64,000 bases of DNA from Rhynchopus sp. YZ270_cl-10. Lineage: Eukaryota. The stretch is taken from contig OZ037841.1 in NCBI GenBank assembly GCA_964035575.1, forward strand, positions 682,001-746,000, written 5' to 3'. Positions 23,943 through 33,802 of the stretch are shown piece by piece. Position 1 is the first letter of the stretch. Every line of letters begins with the position of its first letter. The position numbers and the translations under genes are program-made. The notes under the pieces were generated by a model. The model ran no database searches, was not told the origin of the DNA, and worked only from the letters and a program-made list of their open reading frames with translations.

Positions 23943-23977
<35 letters not shown>

Positions 23978-26917
23978 GGTAGTGTCTTGGGGGTTGGACA
24001 CTGCACTGCGTAGATAAGACGAAACCCTAACAAGGTGCAGGCTCTTTCCCTTTGGACCCCTATCCCACACCCCTCCCCAAGCATCGCTTTACCTACGGGG
24101 CTGTCATGGGCAGGTAATGGTTGAATTTGCCACGAGTTAGAATAAGGGTAGATAGAGGGGAAAATAAACACGCGCGTGTGAAGAAGGCGGTTGGTTGAAT
24201 GGAGAGGGGGGTAAAGTCAGAGGGCACATGAAGAATTTCACAAGGCGCTAGAACCCGGACACGTGTCCGTATGAAAAAACTTCCACCTCCTCGATTCATC
24301 AGGGACGATATGAAACTATGCTTGATATTTGACGGGCGGGGGGGGGGGGCAAAGAAGAAGAAAAAAAGGATGAATGTGCCTCTCATCCACACATCCAAAA
24401 AATGCGCAACGCTTTTTTGAGAAATGAAAGGCAGTAATGAAAAAAAGGCGTACCCACAACGACTACTCAACAAGGTAGCAGCAAATCGCCTTTTGCACAA
24501 CAAAAGGCCTAACGTGGGGGTTCCTTGTGATTTTTAAAAATGATGCAATCAAAAAAAAATTGGTAGAGTTATAGAAAGGAACGTAATGTGCATGTGCCAC
24601 ATGATGCAATCAAAAAAAAGAAGAAGAACAAAAAAAAGGGTCGCCACAAGCCTTCAGCCTTTGTTCAGTAAAAGTTTTTTGTATCCAAAGTCTTTATGTG
24701 GTACACATCAGCTTCGATCACAAAGGGTAAAATATGGATTTAACCAAATAAAGAAAAGTTGAAAGGTGTACATGCCTCAGGTGCACACACATCTCAAAAG
24801 TGAAAAAAACATACTATAAATCAGGGTATTTCCTAACTCTGGTAATAAAAAAAACAAGCGCTTTTTTTTTTGCACGGGATGCTGGGATTGCTCCCAAAAT
24901 GCAACAAAACGCGGTTTTGGGCTGCGAAAACCCACAAATCCCGCGCGCTTCTTATTTTATTTTCATTTTTGGGCATTTTTCGACTTTTTTGGGAAAATGC
25001 CAGATTTAGGAAATACCCTTCTATCAAAGCTAAACCAAGGAACCACCTTGCCAGCCGACTGTTGTGAGTGGATGACAATACAGTGGCTCGGTCAAGGTGG
25101 GCATGGCCGATATGAGATTTAAAAAAAATAAAAATAAAAATGCATCAAAAAAGGTTGAAAAGATGAATTGGGGGTCTCACGGACAATACACATTCGCTTG
25201 AAGGGTTGGTACATTTCCATCATACCAAAAAAAAAACTATGAAAACTATGCACAAAAAACAGGAATCCAACTGGGAGAAGAAAAAAAATCACACCAACAG
25301 GGACACCATTGTTTCTTTTCTAGAGCTGCGATTGCAAGAAGGGGCGGGGGGTATAGGTGCAGGGAGGTGATCAATTTCGAACTTTTATGCTGGGGAAACG
25401 TGGGTAGGAAAAGGCACGGCAATAATATTGTAGTGGAAAGAGGGCCGTGTTTGGGGGGTTTTTTTTGTTGTTGTTCTAGTGTTGTTACGACAATCGCTTA
25501 AACACCCACCGAGGGAAGGATTCTCGGCGAAATTGCTATAAAACCCACGTTACTAATACCCATTTGCGATAAAACCCACTGGGTATTATCGTAAGCTTTT
25601 GATAATTACCCCTTCTCGGTACTGTATTAGCAAGGCTGTTTTTTAGTTCTGAGAATCTTGAGGGGAAACAAACAACAACAACCTCAAAGAAACTGTTGCA
25701 ATACTGCTGACCCAACATCGTAGTTCATCATTTCCAAACAGAGGTTGGATGTAGGCACCCTGAGGATGTGGTTCACAATTATTTGTTTGCAAAATATGAC
25801 AAAAGTCAGTCATCATATAAGATGATCAGCTTTTCTCTGGTGCAGCATTCAAAAAAAGAAAAAATAAAATGAAACCAAGTCTTTTCTGCTGAGTCACCTT
25901 TAGACAAAAAGGTGTAGTACGTGACATGGTGTTTTGTGCAATTTAGAAGAAAAAAAATAGAAAACAATAGAAACTTAACACTCATCACACGAAAAAACCC
26001 ATGGGAGAGGTTGTAGTGAAATGCACACACCTCGACCTGTCCCCCCGGGAATGGCTAAAAATTGTGTTCCGAGCTTTCTGGCCGGTACGTTTGAAAAAAG
26101 GCCCCTGGAAGAAGATCGTCCACCTTTGGAGCCTCGTGAGAGCACTGTTGATAGTGCCAAAAAAACCGTCTTTCTGGGACACAAAAAAGGAAAACAATAT
26201 ACTCAAAATTAGTTTCAAAAATTAATAGTAAAAAGAAGTTGAAAGTGCAAACGCCTCGCCGTTCATCGGCGGACGTATGGCACTGGTTCCCAAAACAAAA
26301 CGTAAAGGCATTCAGCGTCAGGCGTTGGCAGTGAGTAGTGTGAGGGGGGGCAGTACGAAAACTGAACGGGGGTTTGGTTGTGTGTGTATGAATGCCGCTG
26401 TAGTGTAGGGAGTTCCTGAGAGGTACATCACCTATGTGGGGTGTGTGCGTGCGTAGGGGGGGTGAGGTGGGAGGGGGGAAGGGGGGTGGAGTTATGCTTC
26501 GTTCCATTCGACAATCGCCCACCGGGTAGGGCACACTGCAATGCAAATGTTCTAAAATAGAGGGTTGAAAGTGCACAATAAACGCCCGTTTTGTGGACAC
26601 AGGGCACTGACCGCTCAAATGGTGTCCCACAGGCTCGGCTGTACCAACAAAATGACCCTATCAAAAAGGTAGGTTTACTAAAGAGAAGTTGAAAATGCAA
26701 ACTCCCCGTTCATCGTACGCAGGGATAAAACAAAGATCCCAACACCACCTTTTTGTATAGGCTAGGGTACATCGCCGGGCAGATTAGTATTTTTGAATAA
26801 TTTGGTTGTATTAGTATAGACAGGATGAACGTATATTTCCTGTGTATCATGTACACCTCGCGAAGAGAGGTGTACATAGTACCCATACGATGCATGTGGT
26901 CATTACTATAGACATTT

Positions 26918-27023
26918 ACCGTACCGGTAACATAATAATTATGACCGTAAAAAAGGTAAAACTCCCCGAAAAATCCGGAAAAGGTCAAACATTTTTACGG
27001 TCAGTACATGTTACCGGTTCGGT
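26918..27023. repeat. ~105-bp palindromic (mini-foldback) element
   Basis: ACCGTACCGGTAACAT / ATGTTACCGGTTCGGT outer arms and TGACCGTAAAAA / TTTTTACGGTCA inner arms. Confidence 0.7.
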
Positions 27024-27764
27024 GTATTAAAAAAAAAAGAAGAAGAAAAAAATCTTTTTCGAGGGGGGAGTGTCAGGTTCAAAGGAATAGTTCATCAAAA
27101 CAAAATGGTGCAAAACGCCTCAACAGACGCAAAGCACCGGATCTCCGCGGGGTTTATCGAACCGTGGAGGGGGCAGTTCAGTTGATATGCACAGCGGGAA
27201 CGATAATACGCAAGAAAAAATAATTTTGGTTACGGATTTCAAAGTATAATATTATAGAAAAAATCAACCCCGTTCAAGAAGGGGTAAAAGGCATGGGAGG
27301 TACGAAGAAGAAGGGGGAATGACAACAACCACATCTTTTTAACAAAGAAGGGTCTTCTGCCATCCCCTCCTCTCTCTCCCTCCTCTCTCTCCACCAACCC
27401 TTCTCTTCTCTGTGCTTTTCAAAGAAGCTATTTTGAATTTTTTTTTTCAAAAAAAATAATAATAATAAAAAAAAAAAGAGAAGCTGAAAGCTCAAACACC
27501 CTACCGTTCATCGGCGGACGCAGGGCACTGATTCTCCGCGGGTCATCGAAAACCCCAGAGAGCACTTCATTGGTATGCACACGGTGACCAAAATAAAAAA
27601 AAATGCTGTCTTGTTTTTTTGAAAAAACTTTATTTTTTGCCCGTTCGAACAGAAAAATTTGATGACGATGAGAAAGGGAAACAAAGAGCGACACACGCAG
27701 AATAAAAGAGTGGGAGAGGAAGAGGGAGAGAAATCTGGGAAAGATTTTTTTTGACGCATTTTTT

Positions 27765-27912
27765 TTTTTCCTTACACGTAGTGTTATTAGAAACTCGAGT
27801 AATAAAGCCAACGTTTAATCGCCTGATACCGACTATTTTCTCCTCCCCTTTAAAAATCACTTGCGCCAAAATTCAGATCTCATACACTGTTTTTGGCTGC
27901 GTTCAACGAAAA
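27765..27912 (+). repeat. Split direct repeat A1
   Basis: Identical to 32296-32443. Confidence 0.92.
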
Positions 27913-27998
27913 ATTGTTAAGCCTACGCTCATTTTTCTTGAATCGTTCCCCCACTAACATACCACCTTCTCACCCACCCCCTCGCCCACCCCCACACT

Positions 27999-29348
27999 AT
28001 GTCTGTAATGGAGCTGGACGCCCCCCGCGGGGTCACCGACCAGGTGGTGCCGCAGGGTTTCGGCCGCGGGACCCTCCCCCCGGGTGCCAACATCGCCCTC
28101 CCTCCTGGTCCCCCCGATGAGTTCGGGATGGCCATGGGCATGGCAGTCGCTGCCACCGTTCGGGCGCAGGCCGGGGAGGCCGTCGCCCTCAACAACGCCG
28201 CCGCGCACTCCGCGGTGACCGAGGCGAGGGCGGGGCAGTACGTCGCGCAGGCGGGGGCGGAGGCGGAGGCACGGGCACTCCGTGCAGAGGCAGGGGGGCA
28301 CGTGCGCGAGGCACAGGCGGCGGCGAATGCGGCGGTGGTGCAGGCGGAGGCGAATGCGACGAACCGAGAGACCGAGGCGGCGGCAGGTGCACGATTGGCC
28401 GAGATGCAGGCAGAGGTACATCGCGCCCGAGACGCGGAGAACGCGACGAAGGCACTATACGACGCTCGCGCGGAACAGATCCGCGAGCAAGCCCTGGCCG
28501 CGGTCGCGCACGCCGAAGTGAAGGCGGAGCTCGACCGCGCCAGGGAGGCGCTAAGGAACCAAGCCGCGCAACAGCAGGCACCTGCTGCCCCAACGCCTAC
28601 GTTTGCTGCCCCAACGCCTACGTTTGCAGCTCCCGCCCACCCCTCTGCAGCGGTCGCGGACGAGCTCGAGCGGCTGCGTGCGGAGCTCGCCCACGCCCGG
28701 GGAAACGGACAGACCCTCAGGGCCGGCGCCGGGGGTCTGCGTCACGCGCCGGGGGACGCCGCCCACGCTCCCGCTCCCACAGCAAGGGTCTACGCCGCCT
28801 CCGCAGCGGGCAGCAGCAGCAGCAGCCGCAGCAACAGCATCGGGGTGCGGGGCGCTCTGTGTCCGCTGGACGTGGACGACTGGTGGCACGCCGACGACGC
28901 CACCCTGGGGTTGGTGCACCTACACCAGCTCCGACGCTACGACGCGCTGGTGGAGTCTCGCACCGGAGGCGTTCGAAGAGCGCAAGCCCACGAGGCCACC
29001 CACCACCTCCGGCAGCTGGGGAAGATCCTCCACGCCCTCCCCTCCCTATCGTGCATGGAGGACTTCGAGGACCTGCTGAAGGACCTCGTGAAGTCGACAT
29101 TCGTCAGGATGGAGGCCCTCCAGGAGGGGGTGGTGGAGGGGAGCTGGGAGGCAGCGACGGCGTTGGAGCGGACGTACTTCTCCGCCCCCGCAGTCCCCAA
29201 CTACCTCCAGGCGGCGAGGAAGAAGGCGGACAGCGTGCGCAGGCCGGAGAAGGAGAAGGAGGGGTCGCGCAGGGGGGGGCGGGGCAGCCGCAAGGAGAAG
29301 CAGAAGGAAGGGACGCCGAACGTACAGCCAGCTGCCTCCAGGAAGTAA
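27999..29348 (+). CDS. Gag-like ORF1 of YR retrotransposon (449 aa, Ala-rich coiled coil, basic C-terminus)
   Basis: First ORF after repeat A1, ATG start, intact; assignment by position, no zinc knuckle seen. Confidence 0.75.
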   Translation: MSVMELDAPRGVTDQVVPQGFGRGTLPPGANIALPPGPPDEFGMAMGMAVAATVRAQAGEAVALNNAAAHSAVTEARAGQYVAQAGAEAEARALRAEAGGHVREAQAAANAAVVQAEANATNRETEAAAGARLAEMQAEVHRARDAENATKALYDARAEQIREQALAAVAHAEVKAELDRAREALRNQAAQQQAPAAPTPTFAAPTPTFAAPAHPSAAVADELERLRAELAHARGNGQTLRAGAGGLRHAPGDAAHAPAPTARVYAASAAGSSSSSRSNSIGVRGALCPLDVDDWWHADDATLGLVHLHQLRRYDALVESRTGGVRRAQAHEATHHLRQLGKILHALPSLSCMEDFEDLLKDLVKSTFVRMEALQEGVVEGSWEAATALERTYFSAPAVPNYLQAARKKADSVRRPEKEKEGSRRGGRGSRKEKQKEGTPNVQPAASRK

Positions 29349-29383
29349 TCGGTGCGCCGCTCGCGGCCTCCCCTTTCACGACG

Positions 29384-30376
29384 ATGCTCGAGAGTATGGG
29401 GGTCCTTTCGACTGCAAAGGTCGGGAGGCCGCGGGCAAAGGAGGCTCCCCTCACCAAAAGGGAAGCCAAAGCGGTCGCCAAGAAGGCCGCACAGACCCTA
29501 GGCGACGCACTGGCGCCGTCTACCTGGAAGGGACTGGAGGGGTGCCACCGACGCCTGCTTCAGTTCAGAGAGGAGTGGGCCGTCACGACAGGCACGCTCC
29601 TTCCTTGGGACCTCTGCATAATCTACTGGGTGCAGAGGCTCCTCTCAGACCGGACCGCTCCCATAGCAGAGTCGTCAGCCCTGGAGTACTGCAGCCGTGC
29701 AGTGAGCTCGCTGGCGCGTATGGGGACAAAGCTGGACTCGCCGCTCCTGCGCGACTTTGTGCGCGCCCTCAAGCGGAAGGGCGGCCTGCGACCCCACCGC
29801 CAAGCAAAACCTGCCACCTCAGAAGTGGTGGCGACAGTGCTGGAGCAGACGACGGACCCCGACACCTGCCTGGCCATCGCCGTAGCCTGGTGCGGAGCAG
29901 CCCGAGTGTCCGATGTGTTGCGCCTACGCTCGACGGACCTCTCCTTCGAGGGGGGGTTCGTCGCCATCAATTGGTCGGAGACGAAGTCCGACCCCTTCCG
30001 GATCGGAGTTACAACGGGGGTGCACGTGGCCGAGCGATGGATGGGGATGCTGAGGACGAAAGTATTGGGGTTGAAAGCAGGAGAACTCCTGGTGGAGTCC
30101 ACCTACCGCCGCGTCGTTGCGGCCCTCCAAAAGGTCGACCCAGAGCTGAGCGGCCACTCCCTCCGCCGGGGAGCACTAGCGGAACTCCTGGAGCAGGGCA
30201 TCTGTCTCGAGTCCCTGCGCCAGCTGTCTCGTCACTCCTCCCTCGACGCACTGGCGCGTTACCTCCCGGCGGGGAAGATCAGCCTAGCACGCGACTCGGC
30301 CACGACATCCCTGGTGCTGGGAAGGAGGCTGGAAACCCGGGGCCGGTTCTCTGCCCTGCTTTCCCGGGCGCATTAG
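29384..30376 (+). CDS. Tyrosine recombinase (phage-integrase family)
   Basis: Catalytic motifs GAARVSD (R), ETKSD (K), GHSLRRG (HxxR), SRHSS...ARY (H, Y). First ATG at 29384; frame open from 28859. Confidence 0.9.
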   Translation: MLESMGVLSTAKVGRPRAKEAPLTKREAKAVAKKAAQTLGDALAPSTWKGLEGCHRRLLQFREEWAVTTGTLLPWDLCIIYWVQRLLSDRTAPIAESSALEYCSRAVSSLARMGTKLDSPLLRDFVRALKRKGGLRPHRQAKPATSEVVATVLEQTTDPDTCLAIAVAWCGAARVSDVLRLRSTDLSFEGGFVAINWSETKSDPFRIGVTTGVHVAERWMGMLRTKVLGLKAGELLVESTYRRVVAALQKVDPELSGHSLRRGALAELLEQGICLESLRQLSRHSSLDALARYLPAGKISLARDSATTSLVLGRRLETRGRFSALLSRAH

Positions 30377-30417
30377 GCCATCGGGCCCCAGGGGTGCGTC
30401 CCGGCTACGACCCAACA

Positions 30418-32133
30418 ATGAACGTGGCCGCTCCGCTGAAGGTCCCTCCCCCGCCGCCGCTGCCGCGACGGATGCCGTCTGACATGTGGCCGGACATCTG
30501 CTTGGTGTACGCTAAGGAAGCTACGGTGGCAATTGACGGCAGACATGTGGGTCCTCCTGCCGCCAGAGGTGGCGCCGCGGACTCGCTGGCCCCCATCTCC
30601 TCCGCTTCGCTGGACCTAGATGCGCTTGTTGCTTTAGATTCTAGGGGTATCCTTTCCGGGGTGATTGACGTGATTCGGGACCCGAGGGCGTTCGAGGCGG
30701 CTTTCCTGCCCGAGGCACAGGCGACCCTGCGGGAGAAGCGGACGCGGACGGGTGTGTCTCGCCACATGCATCGCCACATGAAGGACCTGACGGAGTGGGG
30801 TGTGGTGCGCAGATCGCAGGTGCAGCACGTCGTCCTTCCGGCGTTCACGGTGGAGAAGAAGAGCGGCGGACTGCGACTGGTCTGCGACGGGCGGAAGCTC
30901 AATTCGTTGATGCGCGCCCCGCCGCCCATGCTGCTGCCGTCCATCCACTCCGTGATCCAGCGTTTCCTGTCTGCCAACTTCGTGGTGCAGGCGGACGGGA
31001 AGAGCTGGTTCTACCAGTTTCCGCTAGCTGACGGTGTGGACTCCTACTTCGGTGTGAACCTCGCTGGCGCCAGGGGGTGCTACTCGCGTGCTGTGCTCCG
31101 CAAGCTGTGCATGGGGTGGAGCTGGGCCCCCTGCATCGCCCAACGTTCAGGCTGGGTGCTTCTCCCCGAGGAAGATGGTTTGCCGTGGGTGGACAACTTC
31201 TTCGTGATCGGTATGTCTCACGAGGATGCGCTTGAGAAGTACCGCAGGTTCCTGGTGCGTGCGTCTGCCGTGGGCGCCGAGCTGAACGAGGGCAGTGAGT
31301 TTGGTTCCCCTGAGTCGAGGTTTGTTGCCCTGGGTCTTGACTTCGACCTGGAGTCGTGTCCGCACAGGTACCGGTCTGAACCTGCATGGGTGCTTAAATT
31401 TGTGAGCTCTCACTATTTAAGTGCTGTGCTGGAGAACCGGGCCTCTGCCCGTGAGTTTTACAAGGCTCTCGGTGGTATGATTTGGTTTTTGTATTCCACT
31501 GGGAGGCGTTTGTGTTATTTTTCTTCGTCTCTTTCATTCCTCAGACGGTCCGCGTCCTCACTGGCGGAGACGCCGGAGGACTGGGACCGCCCCCTACCCA
31601 TTGTTCCCTCCGTCTTGTCGGAGTTTCGTGTTATTGTGGGCACCATCGAGTCTAACGAGTGGGTCGAGCACCAGCAGTCCAGACCCACGGTGGTCGGATG
31701 GTCAGATGCCTCGGACTCCGAATGGGCCGCTCTCCTTGAGACTGACCCCGAACCTGTTATTCAGGGGGTTTTTGATGAGCCATCGGCTCATCACATTTAC
31801 ATCAAGGAGCTTTTTGCAGCGTGGCAGGCGGTGAGGCTGGCGGCTGGTAGTAACCGGGGCTGTTCTCTCGACCTGCAGGTGGACAACACGGCCGCGGTGG
31901 CGGCGATCAACAAGGGTCACAGTAAGAACTTCTTTGCGAACAACCTGCTGTGCGCCATGTTTGACGACGCACAGGCCGCCGACATCTCGATAGGGGCGTC
32001 GTGGGTTCCCACGGACGTCCAGCGTGCAGATGAGTTCACCCGGGGCACGGTCGCCCCCCCGTGTTCGGTGTGTATCCCCCCCGTACCCCCCAAGCACGCG
32101 GCGATAGCCGCGTTATCTTCATCATGTTGTTAA
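30418..32133 (+). CDS. Reverse transcriptase - RNase H
   Basis: RT motifs FTVEKKSGGLRLVCDGRKLN, DGKSWFYQF, LCMGWSWAP, WVDNF; RNase H motifs SDAS, HIYIKEL, VDNTA, WVPT...ADEFTR. First ATG 30418; frame open from 29542. Confidence 0.9.
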   Translation: MNVAAPLKVPPPPPLPRRMPSDMWPDICLVYAKEATVAIDGRHVGPPAARGGAADSLAPISSASLDLDALVALDSRGILSGVIDVIRDPRAFEAAFLPEAQATLREKRTRTGVSRHMHRHMKDLTEWGVVRRSQVQHVVLPAFTVEKKSGGLRLVCDGRKLNSLMRAPPPMLLPSIHSVIQRFLSANFVVQADGKSWFYQFPLADGVDSYFGVNLAGARGCYSRAVLRKLCMGWSWAPCIAQRSGWVLLPEEDGLPWVDNFFVIGMSHEDALEKYRRFLVRASAVGAELNEGSEFGSPESRFVALGLDFDLESCPHRYRSEPAWVLKFVSSHYLSAVLENRASAREFYKALGGMIWFLYSTGRRLCYFSSSLSFLRRSASSLAETPEDWDRPLPIVPSVLSEFRVIVGTIESNEWVEHQQSRPTVVGWSDASDSEWAALLETDPEPVIQGVFDEPSAHHIYIKELFAAWQAVRLAAGSNRGCSLDLQVDNTAAVAAINKGHSKNFFANNLLCAMFDDAQAADISIGASWVPTDVQRADEFTRGTVAPPCSVCIPPVPPKHAAIAALSSSCC

Positions 32134-32215
32134 GCGTAATCATTTCTAGTGTGTCATGCATCATCCCTCTCTGCGTTGTTCTTTTCAGCCGCTTCGCGGT
32201 CCCTTTGGGCCTGTA

Positions 32216-32508
32216 GGCTGCGTTCAACGAAAATAATCTTCCCCCCCTTTTTCTAGTCGAGTAATCAAGATCAGTTGGCGACTGTAAGAGTCGAGTTTTT
32301 CCTTACACGTAGTGTTATTAGAAACTCGAGTAATAAAGCCAACGTTTAATCGCCTGATACCGACTATTTTCTCCTCCCCTTTAAAAATCACTTGCGCCAA
32401 AATTCAGATCTCATACACTGTTTTTGGCTGCGTTCAACGAAAATAATCTTCCCCCCCTTTTTCTAGTCGAGTAATCAAGATCAGTTGGCGACTGTAAGAG
32501 TCGAGTTT
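32216..32508 (+). repeat. Split direct repeats B1-A2-B2
   Basis: 210-bp period; A and B share the 18-mer GGCTGCGTTCAACGAAAA. Confidence 0.92.
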
Positions 32509-33802
32509 CTTTTTTTTTTTTTGGAAACAAATATAGAGAAGTGGTGCAAAGACCTCACCGGGATCAAGGTGAACGTAGACACACCACTATATAAGAAAGT
32601 GAAGTGCAAAAAATAGTGCAAAACGCCTCTTGGATGCAGGCACCTTGACACACTTCGCGGGTTATCAAACCCCAGAAGAAAACACAGTGTGCACTTCTTC
32701 AAAAAAAAAACCCCCAACAGCAAAAAAAGAAAAAAAGAAGCAACATATTGACACAAAGAGAGAGGGAGGAAATGGAAAAAGAGGGGAGGAGGAGTGGGCG
32801 TGCAACATCTCTGGGATGTAGGCACTAAAAAAAAAAGAAAGAAAACTTGAAAGATGGATAAACCTCACGTGGAAGAAGGGGGTACAATTGGGAGGAGGGA
32901 AGACAAAAAAAAAAAGAAGAAGAAGACTTGAAAGATATGAATATGCATCTCGTGCATACACATCTTTGGGGAGGAAAAGATAGAACAAGACTGATCAAAT
33001 CATAAAATCGACAAAACATATGAAGAAAAAGAAAAGACAAAAAAAAAAAATGGAAAATTTGAGAGATGAATGCATGCACATCTCAAAGAGAGAAGAAAAA
33101 AAATTTTTTTTGTACCAAAGATAAACATAATCCTAAATACAAGACCACCTGATTTTTTTTTTTTTTTCCGCCCTGAAATTGGTGAACTTTGGTGGTCTTA
33201 AAACCACTTTTTTTAACTCAAGGCAAAATCAGGTGGTGGAGAAACTGACAAAAAAAAAAAAATGTTTTTTGTCCCCAGTTTATGAGATAACAAAATCGAG
33301 AAAAAATAAGGGTTTTTTGGCAAGGAAATCCTGCCTCTTTATACCCTATTAATAAAAAGATAAGGAGGTAGAACCTACACTCCCCTATCCCCCCCCCACA
33401 CACTCCACTTTTTTTGTCAACCCACCCGCCCCTCACAAAACCCCCCATATTTTCCCAAACTATTCCCTTCTCTCTCTCTCTCTGCCTCCCCTTCAAAAAT
33501 TTCTCCCCATTGAAGCAACAATAACCTACCAAAATAGGTTATGTTCACTGTTCACAACGTCGCCCGAAGAGATAGACGCAAAGTATCTATTTTTTTTTGA
33601 TAAATTGTTGGAGTAGTGTAGTTGCCTCGGTTTGTGTTGCCACAGTGGTGCAATCTCCACTATCAATTTTCTATTTATTTTATTTTTGGGTGTAGACAGG
33701 ATGAGAACTCCACTATACTTCCCCCCGCACCCCCATTCCACCCCTTTTTTGATAATCTCGCAGTTCCTCCCCTACCCCTCTCTTTCTCTCTTTCTTGCTG
33801 CT

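Larger units (their letters stand above)
27765..32508 (+). mobile_element. Tyrosine-recombinase (DIRS-order) retrotransposon, VIPER/TATE-like gene order, with split direct repeats
   Basis: GC-rich block with gag-like, YR and RT-RNaseH ORFs; A1 27765-27912, B1 32216-32298, A2 32296-32443, B2 32426-32508, repeats identical by eye; both ends in T-tracts, no conventional TSD. Confidence 0.92.
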
